DNA of 64,000 nucleotides, taken from Eledone cirrhosa. Its lineage: Eukaryota. The stretch covers positions 288,548,001 through 288,612,000 of the forward strand of contig OZ024741.1 of the NCBI GenBank assembly GCA_964016885.1, in the 5' to 3' direction. The translations under genes were made by a program, and so were the position numbers. Shown here piece by piece: positions 41,791 through 55,078 of this stretch (its first letter is position 1; every line of letters starts with the position of its first letter). The notes under the pieces are model-generated. The model made no database searches. It was not told the DNA's origin and saw only the letters and a program-made list of their open reading frames with translations.

Positions 41791-44700
41791 GACAGTCAAC
41801 GCGATCAGTCGCATATTTTGGCGTATTTATTAAATTTAAGATGAATACTATCTCCGACAGTAATTCCACAACTACAGTCAGGTTGAATAACTGGTTATTC
41901 TTCTAACTATATCTTCTGAAGACAGCTTTTATTCGAATTCGTAGAGATATCCGACTAAATACATAATTCATTTTACAAGGATTTGCTACAAACAGCATGG
42001 CTGAACACAACATCAACAAAAAAATTAAGGAAGTACCGAAGACAAATAATAAGGAAGGTAATCAAACTTTATTCAGTTGTAGCTACAGAAGAAACCGAAA
42101 TTATAAATCGCATTTCTCTTGGAGTTGCGAACTTAATAATGATTTATTTAATTGTTATAAAATGGCAAAAAACAATCCCTCCATTGGCTATATGAATAGA
42201 ATGAAGCTACACTGGGACGAAATGCACCCAGAGCTAAATTATTTCACAGCGAAACAATTACGCCAACAAGCGACGTTTGTTGAACGTAAAAATATTATTA
42301 ATTGTAAGTCCCCCACAACAAACATGTTATCAACAACACGTGCTACAGGTCGCCATGCTACTAGACTTCCTAGCAGCCAGGTCGAACAGCGCCTTGAAAC
42401 AACTATGCCTGTAAGAAACTTGACACCACCTGTACCATCTAAGTCTACCTCGAATGCTGGGGAAAACACTATCGATAATAATAATAATCGAAGAAATTTG
42501 ACACCACGTGTACCATCCGAGTTTACCTCGACTATTGTGGAAAATACTATCGATAATGATAATCAAAAGTATAAACAATTGAAAATTTCCCTCAACGAAA
42601 TCTTCCAGAGAGAAATTAACTCATGTATAAATATCTCTCTTGCTGAACGTGTTAAAACGACAATGTTTAATAAAAAACCAAATAATGAAATATTACGTGT
42701 TATTGACGAAATAGGGGATGAATATTTACGACGAATAAAAACCCCAACATTTTGGCAAATCAACGCCTGTTTATATGCCTTAGCAACGACAGTGAAGCAT
42801 TATCTTGGTGATAGCAGAGATATTAACAAGAACAAAACACCACCAAAAATACCATCATATATAACTAAAATAGAAAAAAAATATTGCTGACCTACGAAAA
42901 AACATAGGATATGTGACAATGCTCCTTACATGCAAACAAACACAAAAAAACCTCACTCCTCACCAACAAAGAGTGAAAAATAAAATAGAGACGGTGTTTG
43001 GTAACAGTAGAATCAGAACTCTCCAATATAAGCTGATCACCCTCAAACAAGAATTGAGAGCTGTTAGCGAAAGACGCCGATACCTGAAGAAGGTAGATGA
43101 GAGAAAGGTGCTTAATAAAAGATTCAGACGAAACCAAACATCAGTCTATAGAGATTTGAAGGGCAAAATAATAAGTGTCACTGAGGCCCCATCCCAGAAA
43201 GGCATAGATTCCTTTTGGAGTAAAATATGGGGTGAAAAGAAGAATTTCAACCAAGATGCAGTGTGGCTAAGAGAAATCCGAAAGAACTATTGCTCCTACA
43301 CTACAACAAAAACATACGAAATAAGTGAGGGTACCCTTGAGACTATGATAGGAAAACTCCAAGATAAGAAAACACCAGGAAGAGACATGATTGTCGGCTA
43401 CTGGTACAAAAAACTGATATTCTATCGGAGGTATCTTACTGACCTCTACCAACAAGTTCTTAAGGGAGATACACTTATACCAGAATGGTTGACATTAGCA
43501 CAAACATTACTGGTCCCCAAGAACAAAGACACCCACTTGGCAAAAAACTACCGACCCATTGCATGCCAGAACCTGATGTATAAGATGTATACAACCTGCC
43601 TGAACCTATTCCTCCAAGATCACTGTGAAAATAATAACATCATCACAGATGAACCAGCAGCTGGAAAGAAAGGGGTTTGGGGATGTGTTGAACAACTCCT
43701 AATCAACAAAACTGCGATTTCGGAGGTGCGACAACTTAGGAGGAATATGACTACAGTCTGGCTGGACTACAGGAAAGCTTTCGATTCTGTTCCCCACTCT
43801 TGGATGATAGAGGCCCTCCAACTTGCTAAAGTCCCAGACATTATTGTCAGAGCCATAGAGAGGCTGTCTTCTTCTTGGGCTACTATCCTAAGGTTAAAGA
43901 CTGAGAGAGAAGACTCTATTTTCACTGATAAAATAAAATATTGCAGGGGTATATTTCAGGGGGACAGTCTCTCTGTGATATTATTCATCTTGTAATTAAA
44001 CCCCTTGTCCTTTCTGCTCAAGAAATGTGAGGGATATATCATTGGCTCACAGGGGGACAGAAATACGAACCTAACCCATAATTTCTTTGTGGACGATCTG
44101 AAACTCTATGCCAAGAACATGGATGGGATGAAGAAAAATCTTGACCTGGTTACAACGTTCTCAAAGGATATAGGAAAGGAGTTTGGCCAAGATAAATGCT
44201 CATACATGACTGTAAAGCGGGGAAAAACAACAACCAAATCTAGCAACATTGTCATCAACTGTTTCACCAATATCTGATGAGGACTGCTACAGATACCTGG
44301 GGATAGATGAGAACATATCCTATAATGGTATCTGTAATAAAGAACGAGTAACCAAGGAATACTACACCCGATTAAGAAAGATCTGGTCATCGGAACTCTC
44401 TGCGCAAAACAAAACAGTGGCTCACAATGCGTTTGCTGTGCCTGTCCTAACACCAACGTTTGGAATACTCAATTGGACGATAGACGAAATCCGAGCAGTT
44501 GATGTTGGAACTCGAGAAATACTGAACAACACCGGAAACTTTCACATCAACAGTGACATAAACCGCCTTTACTTGAAACGTAAGGAGGGAGGCAGACGCC
44601 TCACATCAGTCCAGACAACATTTGAATGTCGCATCATATCTCTCCGACAACATCTACTAACCCCGAAGTGTAGGAGCCCGTTTCTTGAGCAAGTCTGTCT

Positions 44701-45874
44701 GCATGAAATAGATAACATCATGAGAGTTGGGAAGGAACTCCTCGAGAGATATTCCCTGTGTGATAATCAAAAACTCACACGCAGGCATGTCGCTCAGCAA
44801 TATCGCAGTGAATCCATGGATTAAAAACTGCATGTCTATCAGCAAAAAATCATGCATGGATATGTTGCCAGGAAGCTCCAGAGTGAGAGTAATATAGATA
44901 AGGAAAGTAGTCTATCCTGGACCAACAACCGCTATATTGGCTCCTACTTTGAAAGATACGCTTTTGCAATCCAGGAACAGGAGATTAGCACGAAATACCT
45001 GATTTACAAAAGAGATAGGGATGCAGGCAAAACACCTAGATGTGATAACAAGTGCAGACTCTGCAGAACTAACATCGAGGATATCACCCATGTCATCAGC
45101 AGCTGTCCAAAGATGTCATCGCGGTACTATTTACCTATGAGGCATGATGTAGTGGCCAAAACACTGTACAATGCAGTTCGTAAAAAAGATAGCCCCGATA
45201 ATAAACACATTAAAAGCTACAGCAATGTGGAAGACATCCATGTACATAATCTGAAAGAGTACTGGTGGAATGTTCCAGTAAAAACCCCAATAAAATGCAG
45301 GCATAACAGACCAGATATTATGATATGGGACAGGGAGAAGAAAGCATGCACAGTAGTGGAAATTAGCTGCCCAGCAGATGCCAATATAATATCAAAGATT
45401 AGTGAAAAGGAGAACATTTATGCAGAACTGATGAGAAATCTGCAGATACTCCACCCGCATTACACCTTCAGATTTATGCCTGTGATTATTGGGGCACTGG
45501 GGTATGTTAGTAACTGCCTCAATACAAATCTTGAGAAGCTAGGCTTCACAGGAACAGAAAGAACACAACTAGTTAGGAAATTACAAGTACAATCCATTAA
45601 TGGAACAGTAAAAATATGTAAAACATTTCAAAAATGTTGCATCTAATAACTGCATATACACATATACAGATGCAAAGCATATACATATGCACACATACAA
45701 CTCAAAACATCCACATCCACACATACAATAACATCCATATCTACACATGCATGCATACATACATATCTACCTAGTTGATGTTGTGTAAATTCCAATGAGA
45801 GAGTCTTGTGTCTGTGTTAGAAACCGACTCTCTCTCTATTGGTAAAACTTTGTGAAATTATAAAACCAGAAGAA
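41791..45874 (+). mobile_element. Near full-length, disrupted R4/Dong-clade non-LTR retrotransposon (RT, CCHC, restriction-like endonuclease) between (CATA)n tracts
   Basis: YRPIACQN, LDYRKAFDSV, GIFQGDSLS, FVDD; CRLC..EDITHVISSC, RHD; NRPDIMIWD..VVEISCP..KENIY (PD-(D/E)xK-type). Confidence 0.9.
41997..45646 (+). pseudogene. Single RT-RLE ORF broken by frameshifts and stops
   Basis: Pieces 41997-42890, 42913-43995, 44005-44277, 44249-44824 and 44852-45646. Confidence 0.88.
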
Positions 45875-45924
45875 CATACATACATACACATTTGTGAAAT
45901 TATAAAACCAGAACATACACACAT

Positions 45925-46945
45925 AAAGCATTCTATCCGACGCTCTACCAATACTACCAAAACACCACCTCTAAACCAATAATTATTTCTACTTTTAGCA
46001 CAAGGCCAGCAATTACCCAGTGCATTACTGGTACTTTATTTTATCGAACCCGTAAGGATGAAAGGCAAAGTTAACCTCGACGGGATTTGAACTCAGACCT
46101 TAAAGGGACTAACTATGCTGGAAAGCATGGCGCCCGACCCTCTACCGATACTGCCAATTCGCCCCTAAACTAATAATAATAATAATAATAATTGTTTCTA
46201 CTTCAGGCACAAAGCCAGCAAATACCCAGTACATTACTGGTACTTTATTTTATCGACCCCGTAAGGATGAAAGGCAAAGTTAACCTTAGAGGGATTTGAA
46301 CTCAAATCATAAAGGGACGTAATAATGGTTTCTGGTTTAGGCACAAGTCCAATAATTTTGAGAGAGGAGAATGTCGATTAAATCGACCCAGTGGATTACT
46401 GGAAGATGAAAGACAAAGCTAACCTTGGTTGGATTTGAACTCAGAACGAAAAGGGCCATAACTCAATGCTGCAAAGAATGTTGTTAGACACTCTACCGAT
46501 ACTGTCATTCCACCGCCCTTAATAATTGGTTCTGATTTAGGCACAAAGCCAACAATTCTTTGGGAAAGGGAAAGTCGATTAAATTGACCCAGTGCATTAC
46601 TGGTACTTTATTTTATCGACATTGTAAGGATGAAAGGCAAAGCCAGCCTCGGTGGGATTTAACAACTCAGAACATAAAGGGCCGTAACTCAATGCCATGC
46701 AGCATGTTGTCCGACGCACTACCCATCCACCATCCTTCATAATAATGGTTTCTTACATAGGCACAAGGCCAGCAATTTTGGAGGAGGGGAAAGTCGATTA
46801 AATCGAGACTGGTACTTTATTTTATCGACCCAGTAAGGATGAACTGTAAAGCTAACCTCGGCGGGATTTGAAATCAGAACATAAAGGGCCATAACTCTAT
46901 GATGCTGCAAAGCATGGTTTCTGATGATCTACCGATAGTGCCAAT
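45925..46945 (-). mobile_element. Tandem head-to-tail array of ~5-6 tRNA-derived SINE copies
   Basis: Repeated GGCACAA..CCAG..ACTGG..GATGAA..AACCT..GGATTT..CTCTACCGAT units. Confidence 0.85.
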
Positions 46946-47005
46946 CGAAATAATAATAAAAGCAATAATAATTCTTTATTTCTTAAAAAAACAAGTTCCA
47001 ACATG

Positions 47006-47080
47006 AACGTAGGGGTTTACAACGTAGGGGTTTACAACGTAGGGGTTTACAACGTAGGGGTTTACAACGTAGGGGTTTAC
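47006..47080. repeat. 5 x 15-bp perfect tandem repeat AACGTAGGGGTTTAC
   Basis: Read directly from the sequence. Confidence 0.95.
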
Positions 47081-47308
47081 ATAGAAATAATAAAAAAATA
47101 ATATAAAAAACAACAAAAACAACAACAACATTAACAATAATAATAATAGATCTGATCTAATATTATTATATTTAGCGTGACGGTAGCTCTAATGATATTA
47201 AGAGGAATATGAAATAAAAAACAGAAAGAGATAAAGATTAAAAAATATATAAGAATAAATAGAAAATCAAGTTATAATGGGTGACAAAGCGAAAATGACC
47301 CTTTTAGC

Positions 47309-47377
<69 letters not shown>

Positions 47378-47484
47378 CCACAGAAACGAATACATTCAAG
47401 TATGCACTGATACAAACACAAATACAACTACAGAAATACAATGAAAAAATACAAAGCAAAAAATCCGGAAGCTAAAAAAATGTT

Positions 47485-47564
<80 letters not shown>

Positions 47565-47578
47565 CGTGCGTGTGTGTG

Positions 47579-47719
<141 letters not shown>

Positions 47720-48195
47720 CGATCCCCAGTTTTTTCCAATAATTCCATGATTTTTGTTTCACTGTTTGCCGCTCATTTTTCTTTTGTTTTCAGTTTTGTT
47801 GTATTGTTTGTTAATTAGATTTATTCCAATCTGTATAACATATTAATTAGTTGGCTAACGACTGTCACATACAAGATAATTGCTGGCAGTAAGAAAGAAA
47901 GCTTTGGGGCGAGCAGAATAACTTGTGTTACGGTATAGGTACTTCCTGAAAATACACGCACGCACACACAAGTATGTATATATACACACATACATGTATA
48001 TATGTTATATACACATAAATATTTGGGTGTATCTGTATGTGTGTTTGGGTGTGTTTTACGAAGAAGAAGTCTCACGATCTAATCGAGCCAACGTCAAATA
48101 TAAAACTACATTTAAAGTGAAAGACGAAATCCTTGAGGTGTAAACGTAGATATAATCTCAATTCGATTCAAACATAGCTGATCGATATATCGATA

Positions 48196-48775
48196 ACAAT
48201 TCTTGCTAACATTGGCACTAGACCAGCAATTCGGGGAGAACATTTATTTTATCAGTCCCCAGCACTTAACTGGTGCTTTATTTTGAAAGAGAAAATTGAC
48301 TTCCGCGAGATTTGAGCTCAGATCGTTTAAAGTCGTTATAACACAAAGTATTTTGTTCGACGCTCTACCGATACTACCAATCCACCGTCCTTAATAATTG
48401 TTTCTACTATAGGCACAAGGCCAGCAATTTGGAGGGGAGGGGAATGTCGATTAAATCGACCTCAGTGCGTTACTGGTACTTTATTTTATTGACCCCGTAA
48501 GGATAAAAGGCAAAGCTAATCTCAACGGGATTTGAATTCAAAACGCAAAGGCTCATAACTCTATGCTGCAAAGCGTGGTTTCTGACGCTCTACCGATACT
48601 GTCAACCCACCGTCCTTAATAATGGTTTCTGATTTAGGCACACAGCCAACACTTTTCGGGGAGGAGAAAGTCGATTTAATCAACCTCAGTGCGTTACTGG
48701 TATTTTATCAAGTTCTAAAGGATGAAAGGCAAAGTTAACTTCGGTGGGGTTGAACACAGAACGGAAAGGACCGTA
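48196..48775 (-). mobile_element. Tandem array of ~3 SINE copies
   Basis: Same unit motifs as 45925-46945. Confidence 0.8.
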
Positions 48776-49112
48776 AGATTCAACCAATCCCCCACCCTGC
48801 GACATGTATATCTAATAAGACAAGAGATAAATTAAGTTGATATATGTATAACAAAAACATTAGCCTCACGCATAATACTTAACCTCCATCGTTATCTGTT
48901 GGCGTGAGTGTAATATTACATTACATTCAGTACGATATTTCCATTTCTGAATTTTAAATACATGATATTCAAACGTTTTGTGAAGGGGAATGGCTTAGTG
49001 GGAAGGGTATTCGATTGCTGGTGGTGCTTTGTTTCTTTGAGCAAGACACATTATTTCATGTTGCTCCAGCTCAGTGTTAGAAATGATTTGTACTCGTAAG
49101 TCAATGGTTCAA

Positions 49113-49148
<36 letters not shown>

Positions 49149-49214
49149 CTAAAGACATCTTTTCTTTTCCAATTTTCCACCCCGCCCGTCCCTTCAATCT
49201 ATCTTATTTCTCAT

Positions 49215-49254
49215 TTTTTCTTCTGATGAAGGACTAGCATCCGACACGTTAAAA
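49215..49254 (+). ncRNA. Degenerate minimal hammerhead-like motif in a TA-flanked element
   Basis: TT-CTGATGA-aGGA ctagca TCC-GACA-CG-T-T-AAAA, with GACA in place of GAAA. Confidence 0.45.
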
Positions 49255-49367
49255 CTCTATTCCTGCTATTTCAAGCGTTAACCTGATATATTCCTTCCAT
49301 ATACTGTACCGATTGTCTTGTTATTTCTGTTTACCTTTTACACACACACACACATACATATATCTAC

Positions 49368-49538
<171 letters not shown>

Positions 49539-50725
49539 GTGTGCGTATGTATGTATTTATAAAGAGAAAAACGAAAAAAGGGGGAGAGAGGAATTTCGTG
49601 TGTGAATGAGTGTGGGTAAAAGAAAAATTAAATGGGATAATAGAAACAGAAAGAAGGAAAAAAAAAAAAAAATTAAATTAGAAATAGAAGAGGTCTCGTC
49701 AAAAAGTTTGGTTATACAAGAGAACTTTTGATTTTAGTAAAACCTCTTTATATTTTTTCTTGGACATTTTGCAAAGACATCAATTTAAGAAGTGACGTCA
49801 CATTCGTCAATGTGATACAAAACTATTGATGCACACTAACATATTTAGTCAGGGGGAAAAATATCGATATCCGATTGGAAATCAGGAAGGTAAATAAAAA
49901 ATGCCCCCCCTCGCCATCCCTGCTATACTTTTTTTTCTGAAAAAGAAAACATGAACTAAAGATACAGAAAAAATGTCACATTCAAGTCAGAGAAAGATCT
50001 GGAACAATAGAGAAATGAAAAGCAAGCAATACAAAAAAGCATAAAAAATAAAAAACAACACAAAACAAAACAAATCAAAACAAAGAGTATACAAAGCAAA
50101 ACATATCGATATATATATATATAGATATATTACAAAGAAAGTGTGGTAAGAAGCCAGGTGGACCATAACGCATCAGAGTACTCGATACTTAGACTGTTGA
50201 ATAGCTCTGTTATATTTAACCACTCTGTCGAGAGCTTTATTCGATTTGTGATATTTTGCATTCTCGCAATATTATACACAACTGAATCATTCGCAAAATA
50301 GAGGTGTTGCCTCCCTTGCTGAACTCCACGTGGGGTCAGTAATAGACACACTTATCTATAGCATCCTAGAACAAAACCCGTTGATAACACGACTTCCTTG
50401 TTCATCATCTTACCTGAAGCCAGACATTCTTTATGAAGGCGGACAGTACCTGATTTTGGAGTCACAGAAACCAATACTGGATTTTACCATCAGTCCAGGG
50501 TCCGGGAAAGTATCAACACATATAATTTTATTGTTTGACCCAAATTACTTGGTCGTTTGTTTTGGCTGTGCGGATGATATGTTTAATCATCATCTCAGTG
50601 TGTTTGGCCCTTAACGTATGTTGTAGCTCTGATTCACATGAATCATCGAGCGCTTGCCACACATATCGGATGTTGATTTTCGTTAATTCCTGTGCTGAAA
50701 TACGATTCTCGCTAATTTATATTTA

Positions 50726-50757
<32 letters not shown>

Positions 50758-50762
<5 letters not shown>

Positions 50763-50924
50763 AAATTCCATTATAACGAAATTCGCAGGGCATAAAAAAT
50801 TCTTTATAATGAGATCGACCGAAATAAATCGAGCGTTTGTTTGTTATTACCTCGGGGGTAGACACATATTTTGCTATACTGAAAAATTCGTTATAATGGT
50901 ATTCGTTATAACAGAATTTTACCG
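50758..50924. mobile_element. Tc1/mariner (pogo/Tigger-like) MITE in (TA)n
   Basis: Imperfect TIRs CAATGAAATTCCATTATAACGAA / TTCGTTATAACAGAATTTTACCG with TA flanks. Confidence 0.7.
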
Positions 50925-50947
50925 TATATATATATATATATATATAT

Positions 50948-52042
50948 CTAAGGCGGGTAAAATTCCCGAGATCCATGGACGAGTTCTCTCCAGCGGTCTC
51001 TGTCCCTCATTATCGCTGCCATATCCTGCATCTCCAACAGACCAGTGTCTGTCCTTAGGGCATCAACATATGTTAACCTTGGTCTTCCTCTTCTAGTGTG
51101 TCCATGTAGGGGCTCCCAAAGGAGCACTGAGTGCAATGTCAACTCTGGATGTCGGTGAGCATGTCCAGCCAACCTCAGTCTCCTCTGTGTCACTTTTGAG
51201 CTGACTTTTGGGATGCTCCCATACAGCTCTAAGTTTTTCATCCTCAGTGTATACTGATTAATGTTCAGAGCCATCCTCAGCATTCTCGTGTAGCACCCAT
51301 CCACCATCTGAGTGAGTCTCTTGGTCAGTGTCCAAGTCTCAGACCCATACAGCAGCACAGACTCCACTACAGCAATGAAGAGGCGGATTTTCAGGTCTCT
51401 ACGAAGGTCCGACTTCCACACCGATCTCAAGCTGTGACACGCCGCCCAGGCCTTGCTCTTCCTCTCAACCACATCATCTTCCGTATTCCCAATCTTTGCT
51501 CCCAAATACAGGAAGTCCTCAACCAATTCCAGCGGCTTCCCGCCTACATTAGTGATCCCCTCTGGCTTCTCAACATTCTCTACCAGATATTTTGTTTTAG
51601 TCTCATTCATTCTCAGCCCCACACTCATCGACACAGTCTCAACCTCCCGCATCAAATCCTCTGCCTCCTTCACTGTATTTGTCACCAAAACTATGTCGTC
51701 GGCAAATTCAGCATCCGATACCTTTTTCGCCCCAACTCTCCTGCTCTGAGCCGGTGCTACAGTAAAGCCAGAGTCCTGGTGTTTCTCCAGTGCAAGGCGC
51801 ATACAATAGTCCACTACGATGATAAAAAGGTAGGGAGCCAATGTATCTCCCTGGAGCACTCCAGCCAGTATCTCAAACAACTCTGTCATCCCATCAGGTG
51901 TAATGACTTGGGCTTTGGTGTTGGTGTAGAGCAGTGATATCAGGTCCACTATCCTCTTGGGGATTCCATAAGCCTGTAAGATCTTCATCAGGCAGTAACG
52001 GTCCACAGAATCAAAGGCCTTCCTAAAGTCAATGAAAACCAT
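50948..52042 (-). CDS. 5'-truncated RTE-clade LINE reverse transcriptase (364 aa open), inserted in (TA)n
   Basis: FIDFRKAFDSV, GVLQGDTLAP, EFADD, FLYLGA, SVLLYGSETW, RLRLAGH, RGRPRLTY. The starting ATG is probably formed at the TA junction. Confidence 0.88.
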   Translation of the reverse strand: MVFIDFRKAFDSVDRYCLMKILQAYGIPKRIVDLISLLYTNTKAQVITPDGMTELFEILAGVLQGDTLAPYLFIIVVDYCMRLALEKHQDSGFTVAPAQSRRVGAKKVSDAEFADDIVLVTNTVKEAEDLMREVETVSMSVGLRMNETKTKYLVENVEKPEGITNVGGKPLELVEDFLYLGAKIGNTEDDVVERKSKAWAACHSLRSVWKSDLRRDLKIRLFIAVVESVLLYGSETWTLTKRLTQMVDGCYTRMLRMALNINQYTLRMKNLELYGSIPKVSSKVTQRRLRLAGHAHRHPELTLHSVLLWEPLHGHTRRGRPRLTYVDALRTDTGLLEMQDMAAIMRDRDRWRELVHGSREFYPP

Positions 52043-52187
52043 ATATATATATTAGAAAGTGATGTTTTTTTTACAAAATGAAAAATAACCGAGGTGTCCT
52101 ACACGAGTGAAAGTATAAAGAAAAAAAGATGAAATCAAAAATGCAACTGGAGTCTTATTTAAAAAAATATATATATTTATTTGGTTC

Positions 52188-52220
52188 CTTTACCGGTTTC
52201 GCAGTTCTACTTTTCAAAAG
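52188..52220 (-). ncRNA. Minimal hammerhead with a compensatory U3-A8 core
   Basis: Reverse complement: CTT-TTGAAAA-GTAG aa CTGC-GAAA-CCGG-T-A-AAG. Confidence 0.55.
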
Positions 52221-52436
52221 TAGAGTTGAGATGGAGTGTCTGTGGTTTTTCTCACATATATATTTGTATGTACTGACTTGCATATACGTTGTGCAACTTG
52301 GTGTGTAACTTACGGATTCCCAGAAATCTATCGAAGTTATTTTTCGATTAATATCTATCTATCATGTCCAGGTTCGTCTTTAACCTGTTTGTATTTTTCA
52401 TTTCTGTAATATCAATATTACAGCAACTTTTTGTGT

Positions 52437-52486
52437 TCACTCTGAGGAGCAATTCCTTAATTACTTTATCATTGAAAGCTTCGTGA
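52437..52486 (+). ncRNA. Degenerate minimal hammerhead-like motif
   Basis: TCACt-CTGAGGA-gcaat...att-GAAA-GC-T-T-cGTGA. Stem II is weak. Confidence 0.4.
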
Positions 52487-52564
52487 CAGTCTTCAAAATT
52501 CAATCGGATGCGAATCTGCTACTTCTCAGGTGCAACTATGTTTATACTCATTACTATTATATAT

Positions 52565-53933
52565 ATCAGTTTGACAATCGCCACCGACGATTGCTAGAAA
52601 CAACAGTTTGACAATCACCACCGACGATTGTTAGAAACATCAGTTTGACAATCGCCACCGACGAATGCTAGAAAGATCAGTTTGACAATCACCTCCGACG
52701 ATTGCAGGAAAGATCAGTTTGACAATCACCACCGACCAATGCGAGAAAGATCAGTTTGACAATCGCCACCGACCAATGCGAGAAAGATCAGTTTGACAAT
52801 CGCCACCGACCAATGCGAGAAAGATCAGTTTGACAATCACCACCGACCAATGCGAGAAAGATCAGTTTGACAATCACCACCGACCAATGCGAGAAAGATC
52901 AGTTTGACAATCACCAACGACCAATGCGAGAAAGATAAGTTTGACAATCGCCACCGACCAATGCGAGAAAGATCAGTTTGACAATCACCACCGACCAATG
53001 CGAGAAAGATCAGTTTGACAATCACCACCGACCAATGCGAGAAAGATCAGTTTGACAATCACCACCGACCAATGCGAGAAAGATCAGTTTGACAATCACC
53101 ACCGACCAATGCGAGAAAGATCAGTTTGACAATCACCACCGACCAATGCGAGAAAGATCAGTTTGACAATCACCACCGACCAATGCGAGAAAGATCAGTT
53201 TGACAATCGCCACCGACCAATGCGAGAAAGATCAGTATGACAATCACCACCGACCAATGCGAGAAACATCAGTTTGACAATCACCTCCGACGATTGCAGG
53301 AAAGATCAGTTTGACAATCACCACCGACCAATGCGAGAAAGATCAGTTTGACAATCGCCACCGACCAATGCGAGAAAGATCAGTTTGACAATCGCCACCG
53401 ACCAATGCGAGAAAGATCAGTTTGACAATCGCCACCGACCAATGCGAGAAAGATCAGTTTGACAATCACCACCGACCAATGCGAGAAAGATCAGTTTGAC
53501 AATCGCCACCGACCAATGCGAGAAAGATCAGTTTGACAATCGCCACCGACCAATGCGAGAAAGATCAGTTTGACAATCACCACCGACCAATGCGAGAAAG
53601 ATCAGTTTGACAATCAGCACCGACCAATGCGAGAAAGATCAGTTTGACAATCACCACCGACCAATGCGAGAAAGATCAGTTTGACAATCGCCACCGACCA
53701 ATGCGAGAAAGATCAGTTTGACAATCGCCACCGACCAATGCGAGAAAGATCAGTTTGACAATCACCACCGACCAATGCGAGAAAGATCAGTTTGACAATC
53801 ACCACCGACCAATGCGAGAAAGATCAGTTTGACAATCACCACCGACCAATGCGAGAAAGATCAGTTTGACAATCACCACCGACCAATGCGAGAAAGATCA
53901 GTTTGACAATCGCCACCGACGAATGTGAGAAAG
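52565..53933. repeat. 37-bp minisatellite, ~37 copies (ATCAGTTTGACAATC(A/G)CCACCGACCAATGCGAGAAAG)
   Basis: Period 37, no spacers, edge units diverged. Confidence 0.96.
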
Positions 53934-54224
53934 TTATCTAGGAAAGTGAACCAGAAACCTTTAAAAACAATCTCCCCACCGAAGTTAACAAATAACTTAC
54001 TAGATCAACAAAACCAAAATGTAAAATTATAATATTATAAAATTAATCATTCTTTTCCTTTTTTCAAATATATATATATATCAAAAGAGAAAAAGAGAAA
54101 TATCGATAACATTTATCTATTATTGCTTCAAAGTTAGATTTTAAACTTAGTTCCGTTTAAATGATTATTTATCTGGTTGATTTCTATGGACTAGGAAGAA
54201 AAAACTGGATGAATTTTTCAAACT

Positions 54225-54297
<73 letters not shown>

Positions 54298-54377
54298 GAA
54301 AAGTATAGAAATTGTTGTAGCGAGAAGCTAACAGTATTCCATAACGTCTGTTGTATACATATATGTACGTATACATA

Positions 54378-54542
<165 letters not shown>

Positions 54543-54648
54543 ATATATCACGATAGATTAACGGAGCCATAGACTCTCGCAGTGGTGGTTTTTTCCCTGT
54601 TTTATTGATGGCGCACTATCTCTCTCTAGTGTGTTACCTTTTCAACAT

Positions 54649-54700
<52 letters not shown>

Positions 54701-54914
54701 CTGTTTTTCGTTGTTTTGGTATTGTATGGCTGGGTATTGCCTGCCTCAATTTTCAATTTGTCAAGCTATCTAAACGTAATGTTATTAATCTGAGGTCCTA
54801 CCCTTATTGAGTGCTTTGCTACTCATTCCTAATTGTAGATCGACTTTGCTTGGCCGCAGCCAAAGCTTCGATTTTACTAAGCTTCCACTTGTATATATAT
54901 ATATATATATAAAT

Positions 54915-55078
54915 ATAAGTATGTATACGTACATATATGTATACAGACGTACAGTAGTATGTATATATATATACATACATGCACACATATATATATATGT
55001 ACGTATGGATTTACCGAACATTTATTATAATGCTCGGTGTGTTTGTAAACAAACATCCCGAATTAAGCCGTACAGTGT
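54915..55078 (-). mobile_element. 3' fragment of the 28657-29020 family in a TA context
   Basis: Reverse complement of ~28858-29020. Confidence 0.75.

Noticed and set aside
47006-47080. Telomeric repeat
   Set aside because: The unit is a 15-mer, not TTAGGG-type, and it sits within a LINE 3' UTR-like remnant.
47848-47908. CTAACGA-CTGTCA..TGGCAG..GAAAGCTT hammerhead-like layout
   Set aside because: G5 is lost, there are extra bases before GAAA, and there is no stem I.
52565-53933. 37-bp repeat as a CRISPR array
   Set aside because: Units are contiguous with no unique spacers, there are no cas genes, and the context is eukaryotic.
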